DNA from: Trichoplax adhaerens
Lineage: Eukaryota > Animalia > Placozoa
Length of the DNA stretch: 64,000 bases
Reading direction: 5' to 3'
Assembly (NCBI RefSeq): GCF_000150275.1
Contig: NW_002060944.1
Coordinates: 8,828,159-8,892,158, forward strand
The notes beneath the pieces were generated by a model that worked only from the letters and a program-made list of their open reading frames with translations, did no database searches and was not told where the DNA came from. Below, piece by piece: positions 28,057-42,700 of this stretch. Positions within the stretch are counted from its first letter, which is position 1, and each line of letters starts with the position of its first letter. A program made the position numbers and the translations under genes.

Positions 28057-29379
28057 ATGAGTTCCTTCGATGGTAGAGTGTCTGAATATCCATGGATTGC
28101 AATCGATTGCTTCTTGAAGCAGAACTTTACTGCGCACTTCTATTTTCTATCTCATCTGCATCAAGACCATATGAAAGGACTCGATTCGCCTGCTTTTAGA
28201 ACTCACCTAAATGGGCGACCGAAGTCTCGTATTTATTGCTCAGAGATTACCAAATCGATATTAATCAAAGATGCAAATTACTCCCACTTAAAATTATTCC
28301 TTCAAAGTGTTCCCACCAATGACAAGATCTTCATTGAATTACAACAAACATTCGATACGTCGTATACTGAGATCGAGACGGTAGCAGTTACATTTTTACC
28401 GTCTGGTCACTGTCCAGGATCGATGATGTTCTTATTGGAAGGTAAGCATGGCAACATACTTTATACTGGTGATTTTCGAATGGAGGGCGATGAACATAAA
28501 TTTATGGTATATAATTATCTAAGTGCAATCACCATTGATTCTGTCTATCTTGATACAACGTTTTGCCTACCTGAAATGATGACTATTCCAAAGAGGAAAA
28601 CTATTACAAAGCAGATCATCAACAAGATACAGCAATGGCTTTGTCAAGGTACCAATCATGTCGTTTGCCTTCGTTGTCGAGCAAGATTAGGATATGAGTA
28701 TTTATTATCTGAAATTGCCAAGAAGTTAAAGACGAAAATTCTCGTTCACAGCGATCAAATCAAACTCTATGATAATATACCTGAAGTTCGATCCAATCTT
28801 ACTTTAGTTGATAAAGAAACCAAAATTCATATGTGTATTAGAGGTAGATGTCGGCTTCTATCAGGGCCTCCCACACCTGATAGCAAGAAATTGAAAATTT
28901 TACGTATTAAACCATGTGCATTATCATTCGCCTATAATATGGAAGCGTTGAAACAAGGCTGTTTTACCAGAGGTGCCAATTTTTACTCGTTTCTATATTC
29001 TGCACACTCTTCTATGGCAGAAATTATAGAGTTTTTAAAATGCCTTCGTCCTTTAAAAGTTTATCCTAATGTCGTACCTGTGAAAGATTCTGATCTCGAT
29101 GCAGTCACACAAAGAATAAATGGTATTATGGGAAATTGCGATATTCCTCGTAAAAAGACAAAGATGACCGCATCTTGTAGTAATCCTGGCAAAGATCAAG
29201 GTAAAGAAATTTTACCATTGGAACCGATAGCAAATACTGATCTTGACTACAAAGCAAGCAGAAAAAAATCCGCTATTATGCAACTAAATGACAAAAATTT
29301 GATGCTCGATGATGTCGATCCTTGCCAGCGTTTCATTTGCCGTAGGCGATCTCGAGATATTCAAAATAATAGTTCTTAA
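28057..29379 (+). CDS. DCLRE1C: Artemis (DNA cross-link repair 1C / SNM1C), MBL-beta-CASP nuclease
   Basis: 440-aa ORF. N-terminus MSSFDGRVSEYPWIAIDCF resembles the Artemis N-terminus. Motifs FLSHLHQDHMKGL, GHCPGS, YTGDFR, VYLDTT, GYEYL, SAHSS and VYPN are present, with candidate beta-CASP Zn ligands (LVH, IHMC, C). Confidence 0.95.
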   Translation: MSSFDGRVSEYPWIAIDCFLKQNFTAHFYFLSHLHQDHMKGLDSPAFRTHLNGRPKSRIYCSEITKSILIKDANYSHLKLFLQSVPTNDKIFIELQQTFDTSYTEIETVAVTFLPSGHCPGSMMFLLEGKHGNILYTGDFRMEGDEHKFMVYNYLSAITIDSVYLDTTFCLPEMMTIPKRKTITKQIINKIQQWLCQGTNHVVCLRCRARLGYEYLLSEIAKKLKTKILVHSDQIKLYDNIPEVRSNLTLVDKETKIHMCIRGRCRLLSGPPTPDSKKLKILRIKPCALSFAYNMEALKQGCFTRGANFYSFLYSAHSSMAEIIEFLKCLRPLKVYPNVVPVKDSDLDAVTQRINGIMGNCDIPRKKTKMTASCSNPGKDQGKEILPLEPIANTDLDYKASRKKSAIMQLNDKNLMLDDVDPCQRFICRRRSRDIQNNSS

Positions 29380-32300
29380 GGAGACAGTAGTTACCTACTG
29401 AAAAAAATTCTCCAAATTTATAAATATCTTACTGTATTTATTTTTCTTCCCTTTTCTATACGTTAAATATACAAAATTTCAGATTTAGACTATTGCTATT
29501 CTTTTAGGAATTTATCAACAATTCGATAGTAAATTTCAAACACGCAGCAATAAATTTGCTTATTCTGTGAACCCATCAAAAATTTTTTCTGATTCCGATG
29601 ATAGCATAAATATAATATATCAAATCCTTTGCAATATTATTCATGTAGTAACTTATGAGAAAATATCTGTTAGGTTTTGTAAAATGTAAGTAATTCAAAC
29701 AACATACTCTTTATTGGTATAATATTTATCAAATTATCGCAGTATTTTGCGTACGACTGTGGTAAAGAAAGATGTAATCATGCAATGAAATGAGTATATT
29801 CTTTTCGTTTTAAATTTTTGACATATTTATGAGTCTGCTTTTTTTACTAGTATTTATATGGAATGAATTAGTAAAAGAATGTTAAAAGGATAAGCTTAAG
29901 TTTCATTAATCGAAGAGGTAGCAAAGCGTCTGCTGTATCAGCTTACGCATTACATACATAAAAAATTGGGTTACAAGAAGAAAGTATGTGCTAAAGTACC
30001 GTACTACAATATTATCGCAGCTAACGCGAAAATTAACAGTAAAGTATTAATTAATCTATACTTTACTATACTATACTGTAGATGATCTGGCTCATAAAAA
30101 TTGCTGTAAATTATTTTCTCTTTCTGCAAGTTACGACGTGTAGTAAATTTATTCGTCACAATTAAGCATCAATTACAAATTGAAATGAAAATAAGGATAA
30201 ATAACCACCAAAATGCATCATAGTAAAAGTTTGTACTGATTTCTTCCTAGAACAGTTATTGGCTACATGACTGCTTACATGCAGTATGTACCCCTACAGG
30301 TAGTCCTATTATAAAAGTCTGATACAGACGGATACTAAAAATTAGAAAGCAGTGTCAGCGAATGCTGATCGATATATACTATGAGTAAAGGATTTCAAAA
30401 TCACAACAGTTGATATGAACTGCAAAAATATAGGCTAAAAATCTTGTAATGAAGGAAGAGCTGAATGCAATTATGGCAAGGTTAGAAATTTAGCTTTTTG
30501 AAAGTAATGGGTGCGCGTTGCATTTTAATTCGCCTAGAAGCATAGCCGCGTTATCTAAAACGATATCTCCAGAAGGGTCAGGGCAACTTTACCGATTCTT
30601 ATGCATCAGAAATATGAAAATAGATTTATACGTAAGATATGTCTTAAATAACGTATTTGATTAATTTACTTTGATTTTTATTATCAATATACATTTCATG
30701 CTATCCATCTTCCTCGGCCATTTTTGGTCACTTGGTGAACAAAATAAATGGCCCATATATTTTTCGAGTGCATGCCTATTTCATTTCTAATTTTATAATG
30801 CATAAATTATATTAGAACCATAACAATTACATTTTAAACTTCTAGTAGTAACATTGAATATTACGTAGTATAACAAGGCATTTATTCAACGTATAACAAA
30901 AAACTGATATGAAATAAATTTGGTCTGCTCCCTTCCATGTATTCGAATGTACAATATATACGCGTAGGGGCCATAATATTAAAAAATATTTAGTTTAGTC
31001 TTTAAGTAATAAAGCTATTGATAGTAACTAATGTCTTATCTAGTGTTACTTCGCAAAGCAATAGCAAGCCAACTAGGCTTTCGTGAGTAATTCCACATTT
31101 ATTCGCTACATATTAAACAACATCAATCTCTTTATTTCCGTTGCAATAATTTTTTTAAGATATATTGAAAAAAACAGATTTTGGCTCATGCATTTTTGCG
31201 TCCTGTCAAGGTTGACACAAAGACAATTTGTTAATCTACCATGTCCTCGTTAGCTTATTTAGTGGTCGTAATTAATGCAAAGCGGATAAGATACGTTGTG
31301 TTATTGCTGATTCCTCTCCCTTAAATAGCGTTTACTATTAAGATAACAATATTGAATTTAAATTGTTTCAATACCGGTATTCGACGGTGCTCAACAGTGT
31401 CAATTACATTAAAGTACATTATATTGATGGCTAATTCCTAAATAATTATCCTTCAGTTAGCATTAGTAAAGCTTTGCTAGAAGTAATGATAATAAATTGA
31501 ATAGCGTTAACTACACATTGACGGTGGTATTTTCTAGCATAGTTTTATGGTCAAAATTTTATATAAAGTAGGCGTAGAGTTGCGATGATCCAATCTTATG
31601 CCTAATAGCGTACCGTCATAACCTAACCTAGTCTTCGACCATAGATTAATAGCACAATTTTGAGCATATTTAGCATGGCTGACATCTTACAGGCCGTAAA
31701 TTCCAGTTGATGAAATTATCTGCTAGAGCATCGATGAGCATAAATATAAGCAACATCCTGTCGAATTATTAATAGTAGTCTTAAATATAGATACGTAACT
31801 TATATATCTAGTAATGGAAGTCCGTTGCACCATAGCTAATGGCAGTAATGTCTACAGAAGTATAGAAAAATTCTAGTTTACTAGATTAAGTTATGCATCT
31901 GAAATACTATAGTCCTAAATGCAGATGACAATACAAGTATTAATTTGCTCAATTTATTCTATAAATTATAAACGTAGATATGCATTGTAGTTTAAAATAT
32001 TTCAGCAATTTGTAACCATTTTAAAAAATTTTATTCATGCAAAGAAGCTGCAGAAATAGATCAATAAGAGATTTCTATCTTTAACAGCTTTATATTTTGT
32101 TATGCAACTTCATCATTACTATCGCCTTAACAAAGAAATATTCAATCCTAATCTAAAAAAATTTCGAAGACACAAAGTTCTGATATGCAGTGATACTACC
32201 TGCAAGCAAATGATTCCTTTTCTGTGTTTGAAACACCTAATTGTATGATTCCATACTGTTTAGAAATTAGAAATTATAGTGCGAGGGCAACTTAATTACT

Positions 32301-33799
32301 TGCTATTTTAGAAAGGGCCTGTTACATACTGTAAACTAACATTCATGTATTTTTAACTGATATAAATACTGTAATTATCAAAATTACCGCAGCGTTTTCC
32401 ATTTACAATAAACTTAGGTATTATCAAATCCAGAAGAGTAAAACCTATAATGAGCTCTTGGTTGCTTACTCAAGACCAAAACTACTATACTTTGTGCATT
32501 AATGTATATTAAAATGAGTATACGTTAATAGATGATCATATCCTCTTCACAAAATTAATAGCGATATTCTTAAAGAAGAAATGATTTTAGTTTGTTACAG
32601 CATAGAATATTCGCCTAGAGCATCTTTTAAAAATCATGGCATCCCTTCATTTTTATTGATAATTTATAATTGATTTAATTGCCATTGTTTTGCTCAGGCT
32701 ATGTTCACCAAGGCCTAAAAGAGGTTCTGGCTTTAACAATAGCAATTAATTTTAATTTTTTAATGTAATAAGTGAACATGAAAAAATATTTTTACCGCTT
32801 TTGTTGCTGTATTTGCTATAGCCTTAAATTATATGCTGTCCTGAATCTTACTTATTCCTAACGTTATGTAGAATGGCGGGATTTACGAAATAAAGCGATA
32901 TACATGCTCATCGAATCAGGCCGTATAAACCAGCATTTATATAGCAATTTAGTATAATATATATTCATGGTTTTTGTTTCTGGATTTCGCTTATTGATGG
33001 ATTGTTCAAATTATTTCGGCGGATCATATTATTAATCTGCTAAAAAAATTCAAAATCTTACATTAAACAACAAAGACTCATTGACTAGTTCGTAAATTTA
33101 CGATCGAAATTGCACGGATTGTGTTTGTACGAAATATGCAGATAATTTTATGGTTAAATTTTTATGCATATACAATGAAGAATATATCGAGCACTATAAT
33201 CAGCTGTAAGATGTAGACATAATCCTTAAGTACAATACTATTAAGAGCCCGAATGCGTGGATTTAGGAAAATTTTTAGATCACTAAGCAAATTTCTGATA
33301 GGCAGTCAGCAAATGACCGTTCTTATACTGTAAACGTATCCAAATTTCGTACAAAGTTTCATTCAAACAGAAACTGGGTATAGAAACCTTACAATTTAAA
33401 ATAATTGAAAAGCAGAATTTTTATCGTATTGAACCAATTGTTTATAAAAAGAAGTCCATATTATTTGCTATGATAGGTTTGTAATGTTACTGAAAACGAA
33501 ATGGTATACACCCAGCATTGATTTTAAAATAGGTAAAAAATTAATTAATTATGATTCATTAGAGCATAAGGTTGTTTTTGTCAGCAATGTAATGAGTGAA
33601 TGAAGTGGAGGATTCTCCTTATGTTTGTAATTCTGCGTAGTTAAATAATGCATTTCAATAATTACAGACTAAGTCAAATTTTCAAAGGAAAGCTGATCAA
33701 AAGCCACAATCAAGACCGTTTTCTTCAATCGCAATGCTCCATAATTAATGAATTTTTCAAGCCAATTTCCTATCGTTTCTTGCCAGATATTCAGGCATA

Positions 33800-36700
33800 A
33801 TGCTTATGATGTCACACCTTCAATTCTGTATAAATTTAATCAAAATTGCTAGCATTTTGATCCTTTCGATAATGATCAAATCGATTACAGGTAACTCCCA
33901 AAACTTTAAACAGAGTAGATCTTTGTTCGATTCAAATAGGCATAATACTCGTAGGTGCATGTTTGACGGAAGTTAAAATAAATCTTCACGGTTATTGAAA
34001 TTAAGGGTTGCGATAAACATTCTATAATTTACATTGTGTTTAGTATTACATTTATAGTTGAATATGTAGAAGTAATTATATGTCATCTTTGTTATCAATT
34101 TTCAAATCTATTCTAGTAAATTAAAGTTATGATTCTCTTTTAGGAAACGTTAAATTATGTCCAGAGTTTTGCGTTTGTGATTCCAGCATATTGCAGTGTA
34201 AACATGCTAGTATCAACAAGATTCCCGTAATAAATTCCTCACCAGATAAATATTTAGAAATGTAAGTTTATATAACAATTCTATTGGAACTATATCTACA
34301 GCTGTTAATGGGGCCATTTCTGAAAAAGAATAAAAGATAAATTTAAATCTAAAAATTGTACGTGATATTGTTAGTCGTTACTAGTATATTTTTAATAACA
34401 TAACTAAAATTATTACTACCAATCCTTTATTTATTACATTACTTTGCATAAGACTAGATATGTCCTATATTATGAATGCAATTGATAGTCAGAACGGATT
34501 AATGAGATACATACCCTAACTTATTCATTTTGCCATCACAGCAATAGCAATTAGCTTAGCTTCCTTTGCGTCCTTGGCACAATTAAACTAAACTGGGAAA
34601 TTACTGATACTAGGTTAAAAATTATATAATACCAGCGGAAATACGTTCCATGCTTATAATTACTTATCTTACTTCTCTGGAATTTCGCTATAAAGCTAAG
34701 ATATTTTGCTTCTAATATCACCATAATAGTCCATACTAACTTATGAGATGTATTTTAATTTATTTTATTATACTATACGTCGCGCGAAACTCAGTTTGTT
34801 CACATTTCTATCATTGAAATACTTAAAAGTGCTACATTAAAAATAGTCAGCAATGCAACGCGAACAAAGTCTGAATCGTCTTAAGACTTGATATATAGTA
34901 GCATCACTATGCTTATATGATCTTTGGTACTTCTAATCAAAATAAAATAAATTTATACTGATCCAGTATACTACTAATGTTTATTATTTCGGCATTCTTT
35001 TCTAACGCTTTTACCGTAAGTTTGTACTAGTAAGACTGAACATCGGCAGGCATAAAAATTAACCCTGGCAATAATAATAGACAATAACTGATAGTATTCC
35101 CAGATTATAAGATGCTATATAGAATTATCATGGAAACATGGCTTTATTATATCCCTATCCTTTACTGTAAACTTCATTTATGATTTTAAAATTGATTTTT
35201 TGCTATAGATTATAAAGTGTAATTAATAAAGATTTTACCAGGTGTATTAGCATACATCTTCACAACATTTTATTATTATTAATGATACCCTAAATCAATA
35301 GGACTTCACATAAAATTTAAAATGGAAGCTCTATAAATTAAACATTCCATTTTTTCATTAATTCTTGCTTTTATTTAGGAGTATGTATGAAAATAGCATT
35401 AAAGTCATCAACCAAACCGACTTTATAATTTATCCGAATTTAGAAATCATGTAAGTAATTGAATACAGTGATACATATTTGTTAAAGTGATAAGTAGTTT
35501 TCCATACCGACAAGATTTTATTAATTAACTGAAATCTTTGATCTAATGTGCTAATTATTCATATAAAAGAGACCTAAGCAGTAACGGACTTGAAACGATC
35601 CAGCCTAATACATTTTGTCGAATCAGTGGGCTTCTAGAATTGTAAGCTCTTTATTTAATGCTTAATTATGATGTGCCTTAAGAAATATATTTAACTTTTC
35701 CTGATAGCTATAATAAGTGCGAAGACAAATTTAATTAGCTAAAGTGATCAAAGATATTTATATGAGCGCAATTTCTAACAAACTGAACCGATTTAATCTA
35801 ATAATAAAGGTACTTATCGTTCAACCAACTAGGAGAACTAAATAGCTCTAGCTTTAATTGCCTCAAGACTCTAAACGTTTTGTAAGTGATAATGGATACT
35901 TTACAATGCTATTGTAACTTCACTAAAAAATATTAAAGGTAATATTATTTAATGATGGTCCATCTTTCGCCAAAATAAATAATTGATTACTCATGCTGAT
36001 TCCAAACAGTGCAGTAAGTTATTAACGTAGCATCTAAGTATCATATTTCGGCAGTTTAATAGTTTATTTTCAGTTACGGACTGGTTTTACTGTTATATTA
36101 GTTCAAAGACTGCATTTCCTCGTATTAAATATCCTCAAAGTAAGAAATCACTTATGATCAAGCGAACACCAAAACAATAATTTAATATTTAAATTGAGTG
36201 TTACAAAACGGCTCTTCGACAAGATAATGTAATGTACAATCAATAAGTCGATTCCCTAAACTACGTATCAGGAAGCAATATCTACCCTGTCAGGAAGACT
36301 TTTCCTATACTAGTAGACTACATAAAGACTTAGACACCTCGTATTTTACGTTAAACACTAATCTCAAGAACTCCCTTTATTATGCGATATACCGTATTTT
36401 TATACTCATTTACAATAGTTAGACATCCTAGTTAGTAATGTTAACGTTGAAACCTTCTAATGAATCAAAAGCTAATTTTATCTTCTGGTATCTAATGAAG
36501 ACAACAGTATATATGAACAGAGGCATCTAATGACTAAATACAAAATAGTCAGATTACAATATATCCTATCCCGGAATATTTCGATGATAATCTACAATTT
36601 ACCATAAGTAAGTTATACTCACAGTGATTTGAATTGTAACAAGATTATTCTGGATTTTATCAATTTCAGTATGCTATATGCATGTATATGTATCACTACC

Positions 36701-39700
36701 ATAAAAGCTAATACTCTATCGCATATTTGAATCAAAATCTCACTAAATAAGGGTAAACCAACAAAATTATCCTAATATAGATATTTCGACTATAATCTCG
36801 ATATTACAGTGTATAACAACACTGTAACATTGAGACTTATTACTCTCATACTGTTGATGGAGCACGTATATATATATATCAAGCATGTAGATAGGTTAAA
36901 ATGCTGTGCAAATGATAAAAGAGACGTATTAATGATATTTATTTGATATTTAAGGTAAATAATTTCAATAATATCGATAATTTTATTATATCAATATGAA
37001 CACGCATCAGATTACAATCACACATGAACCAAAAGAAATGATCTTCATTTTTGTTTATACTCGTATACTAGATTCAAAAGGGTGAATTAGTGAGATTTTA
37101 TTATTGCTTCTATAGCTAGTGCTATAACAGTTTTCAGCTTGACTTTCTTTGGAATAGGAGCCTTGCAGTTGCTGAATTAACCGAAATTCCAGAAGATTTC
37201 TTTTGTTTGTTTCCTGAATTACAAGAATTGTATGTTAACAAAATTTCTTCTTAGCTTTAATTCTCTCCTAGTTAGCCTTCAATAGGAATGATTCGGGTTC
37301 TCTTTTAGGATATATTATGGGAATTATTTAAAGGAAATAAGCAATAATACCTTCGCCTGCCTTACCAAATTGACGTCTTTGTATGTTTTAAAAAGAATTG
37401 CTTTCCAAAATTTGTTAGCGTAGATTTATTAATACAGTAAGATTGTTTAAAATTTAATTTCCATCCTAGTAAATAAATTTTCGATTCTCATCTGATTGAG
37501 AGCCATTAAGAATAGCAGATATCATGCCTAAAAAATTTTCCGTAATTATAGCTTATTAATGATATTTTCTGATATGACTGCTTATCGTCGATTACTTCAA
37601 ACTGATAATAACATCAAAGCAAGAATTATAGTTATTGATATTGTAGTAATTTCATTGGCTTTAATCAAAGACAGATTCTTATATTATTTTTCCTGATGTA
37701 ATTTGCAAAAGATTTAGTTAGCTTAAATAGAATATAAAATTAAGTTAATATGATATAATAATAGCCAGATAAATTGCGATAATAAATAAATACTCTATTG
37801 GGCTGAAATTATTTCTCCTATTAATAATTAAATTATTTAGCTATTATTTTTAAATTTGAATTCTATCACAGAGATTTAGCAATGAATGAAATCTCCTACA
37901 TTGCGAGGGACTCATTCAAAAGTTTAACTTCGCTCTCGGAAATGTATGATCTAGATTCACAATTTTATAAACTATCTTAATGATATCAGCTTCTTGGTTA
38001 AATAGCTATTATTGCATAAAATATTACGATAACTAATATCAATAATTTCTAGATATCTGTCATATAATATTTTAACTTCCTATAAAGAAAGCCTCTTTGG
38101 AAAAAATACCAATTTAAAATACTTGTAAGTGAGGTCTGCTTAGCCCAAAAGCTGTGACGACATTTAACATACTGTATTCAACTTAGCAACTTAGCAACAA
38201 AAGAGAAACGAATGCTTGTTAAGTCAAAACCTTCTAGTTTCTATGATATCGTACTTATTATTATATGAATACCTCCATAACTATCGATTTAGCCACAATA
38301 GAAGTACTTTAGTTTTACCACAGTGTAAAGGTAAGATTAAAAAGTTATTAACATTGGAATATATAGTAATAAATGTTTTAAATATTAAAATATTCTCAGG
38401 TATCTTCACTTTAATTTAATCGAAGAGGTTGGAAGCTCAAGCTTCTGCGAATCGGAAGCTTTAGTCAACCTGTAAGAATTCTGTATTTTATAGGATTTTT
38501 TAGTATGATCTATAGTTTAATGATTTCTTTAACGATTTATTTTTAAAGAGGTAGACGTTTGACTAATATGAATTTCTATTCTTGCTAACTTTACATAAGA
38601 TATCTGCATGGTAATAAGTTAGAAGATATCAACAATCAGACCTTAGGTTGTTTAAAAAAATTACAAATATTGTAAGTTCTAGGCTTAAATAAATGTACGA
38701 ACATTGCCATACTAAGTATTTCGAATAATTTTTAAGCATACGGTGCGAAAAATAACAGCTTTCAGAAAAGTAATAGTAACCTATTTACAAGATGTCTGTA
38801 ATCTAGATTTTATGCCATTGGCAATTTTAGGAGAATGTTGAACATTTCTTTCTTGCTATATGCGGTAGGGATATTTCGTTAAATCCAATCAAAACTATTC
38901 ACCCTAATTCTTTTTGTGGTATGCAACGCTTACATACCTTGTAAGTATTATAAGAAGAATGAGCGTAATTTTAATTGAATTACTTATTTACTGATATTTC
39001 GTTTTGTAATTCATCTATTTGAGATTTTATTGGTCAATGCTTTAGTTTATATTCTTTTATTTCACGTAGAAACATGAAAAAAGTTGATTTAACGTACATC
39101 AATAAAAATGACTTCAACTGCTTGGATAACCTTCAGACCTTGTATGCTTTTATAGTATATGAAAACATAGAAATGAGATATTGCTACAAACTATAAAGAT
39201 TAAATATTAAATAGCATACCGTAGTATATCTATTCATACTTTGTTTTAATTATTCTACAAAGAATTAAGATGCCTTAATTGAATATATTTATTGATAAGA
39301 ACTTAACTAGGTATCATTCATCATAATAAAGATTATATTATTCATAATTTCTCCTTGTTGAATGTCAGAAATTTACAGGGCAGTGCTATTAAGAATATAG
39401 AAAAAGACTCATTCTGCCATACTCCAGGATTGAGCAGCTTGTACGAATTTCAAAGAATAGATATTAAAATTTTGGAGTTATGCGAGCATATGACTAAGCG
39501 CTAGCCTACTATACAAATTGTTTGAGATATTTTAATGGCTGCCATTGTAAAACGAGTTATTGCAAAACATAGTTTGTAACAATCTATTTTTAAAAGATAT
39601 TGTAACTTTAGATTCGTGCAGATATATTATCAGGACTTCCATTTAGCCTAACAAAAACTAATCTATATATTTTTGTAATGATTATAATTTACTCTCCTAA

Positions 39701-42700
39701 TCTTAGGACCATAGAAAGATGCGAACTTGATGAAATAAGAAAGGATACCTTTGCTTGTTTAACAAAATTGGAAACCTTGTAGGTTCTGAACGGTTATCTA
39801 GCGAGACCCCATTAGTACAAATTTATGTTAATATAATATGCAAAGAGATAACTTATACCTAGATCGTAGAGGTCTAAAAATAACGTTTCATTTATGTATC
39901 GATTAAAGAAAAATAGGAATGAATAAGATCTTGAATATAGAACCAAAATCCTTCCAACAGTTAAAAAGTTTGAAGAATCTGTACGTCTTTGTCAACGTTA
40001 ACAGTATCTAATTCTTTTTTGGATTACTGTACTTGAGGATTATTTCTAACGGCAAAGATTAACATATCCGTTTTCCGCACCTAATTAATTCGCAGGTATC
40101 TGAATGACAATAACCTTAAACATATATCCAACGCGACCTTCTTCGGATTGAAAAGTTTAACAGTGCTGTAAGTTTACTGTTTATTGTTAGTGATACAAAG
40201 AAAAAATCATTAGTTATTTTAGTGCTTATATCGTAGTTACAAATTAGGTGATTAAAACGATAAAGAAAAGTAAATATAGATACAAAATTAGGCGATATCA
40301 ACCAAGATCATGAGTTTCTAACAAGAAATAACAATAAATTCACTAATTAAAAGTTACAAAAATTTTTGGATATTACGACTTTGGGGTTTGCCAAATACAT
40401 CCGTTTACCAAGTTTTACGTAATTAAAGTTAATGTCGATGTCATAATATATAGTGTTACCTTTGAATTTGAATGATATAACTTATATCGAAATAATAATT
40501 GCATTTAGCTAAAGTGCATTCTTATTTTCCGTCTATCCAGCTAGTGATTAGTTGAGTATAGCTAATTAGCTATTTCTAACACTTATACAACAATTACCGA
40601 TAGATATCAATTAGAGATAATTTAGTCGACGAACAGAATTAATATGATCTCTAAATATTTTTAGTATAATACAACCTTTGCTAAAGGTAGTAAATTACAA
40701 CCTATTTTGCTATAAAATAGCATCTAATATGTAAATCTCTCTTTGATAACATATTACTAAGTTCAATATTTTTATATTCTGCAGTAATGTAGGTGTTAAT
40801 AGCATATACTCAATTCCTGCGAATACATTTTGCCATACCTATAATTTGTTGCAGTTGTATGTATTATATCTACTCGTATACCTGCTTTTAATTCGAAATT
40901 TTTTGTTACGAAAATTGATGTTACACTTCGATTACTTACGATATTGCCCTTTTTTAACTTATAACTTTATGATTTTAAGTTATTTGTATCGATTATTTTC
41001 AGGTACTTAACGCAGAATTTCATTAGCGATATTTCTAGCGAAACATTCAAATGTCTCTATCGCTTACGAAATCTGTAAGTAGTTTCCTTTGAGGATGTAT
41101 GATCTTGCTATCGGGCATTAGTTGCTTAGCACACAGTATCTGAAATATTTTCTTATTTCACAATATTTGATATTTTATTTAAATTACAGATTTATCAGTA
41201 TCAATTCTATTGAATCTCTTGAAAAGGGCTCGTTCAAGTATTTAAAAAGTTTATCAAATCTGTACGTTTTTAACTACTAGAAACTTCTTAAAATCTTTGG
41301 CAGTCTATCATTATGGTAATGTTTTAACTTAAATTAGTTCAAATGTACCTGGCTAAGTTTTACTTCCGCTACTAGGCACATGAATTCAAACAGCATTTCA
41401 AATATCAGTGTCGGTGCATTTCAGGGTCTTGCATCAGTAACGTATATGTAAGCGTCATATATATATTAAATTACGATATATAAAACGCGCGTATTGATGT
41501 TATTTGCAGATATTAGCCTTAAAGGTAAATGGGAATTTACACGTTTCTAGGGATTTTTCAGATAATCTAATTCCTGAATTATTTCCATTTCGAAATATAA
41601 GCTTGCTATCCACACTGTATGTAAATTTATTTGTTCAAGAAAACACTATCGTTTAGTGTGAATTTATAGGCTAATATCAATTGCAGTTTCCTGTAGCGTA
41701 GCTGATGTGGGTTTTCCACGTAAGTTTAGTAATATATTTGGAAGCTAACTTAGCATAATTCAATTTTAATAAAAATAGTATTCTGGATGAAAACATTGTT
41801 ACATCTATTGAAAATAATGCATTTGAAGGCACAAATCAGCTGCAGAAACTGTTTGTATATAAATACCTAAAAATTAAGTGGCAATACAGATCTTGTATTG
41901 AATTTACTTATGTATTCTTTTAGCTTAATTTAATGTTTTATTTCACACCTATATAGGTCCATAAATACGAATAAAATTTCTGTAATTGACTCTTTTGCTT
42001 TGAAGGATCTAATAAAGCTTAGAGAATTGTAAGTGTGCAATTACCTTTGAGAGGCTCATTATGTTTATCAGTTTATGTTGCCTATTAATTATTTGATCGG
42101 GTAAAGCCTATTCGGGTAAAAAGTCTATATTGTCATTACTTTCCTTGCTGAAGTAAAATATCTGTAACTTTACGAGTTATTATAGCATATGCTTAAATCT
42201 ATCCTAATAGGTAATATATGTTAACCTTAACTTATGTTTTATATCAGTAAAATAGGCCATAATTTGTTGGTTTAGTGCTTTTACGATACGTAAAATAGCT
42301 CAGTTGTGTATTGATATACTTTATGTCGAATTAAATTATCAGATACTTTCGTTATGGCGGATCATTTAGTCTGATATTCATGGAGTACTACTGTATTCTT
42401 CGGTACTAAAATCAATAAGGTTTAATCTGTATTAATCTTGCACATTAGTAAAAATTCTTAAGTATGTGGATTGACCTTATGAATTGCCTAAATTAGAAAA
42501 CTTAGCGGAAATCCTTTAAGAAATTTTTCTGGTTTATTCTTACCTGACAGTATCAACATGACATCTTTGTAAGTGTTAGCAGCTACGCTAATATAGGTAT
42601 GGGCATAGACTTAGTATTTGAATAAATCACACTAATAGATTTGTAACTTGATACCTAGCGAGCTTTCAAGTCTTAATATTCATCAATTCCGCCAGCTAAA

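Noticed and set aside
29700-33790. Possible gene or RNA gene between Artemis and the LGR
   Set aside because: No ORF, exon chain, tRNA or rRNA signature recognised; treated as intergenic.
36495-36610. Apparent third-position bias between the two intronic repeat copies, suggesting coding origin
   Set aside because: Only about 8 of 15 differences fall at one codon position, with frameshifts and stops in both copies; not significant.
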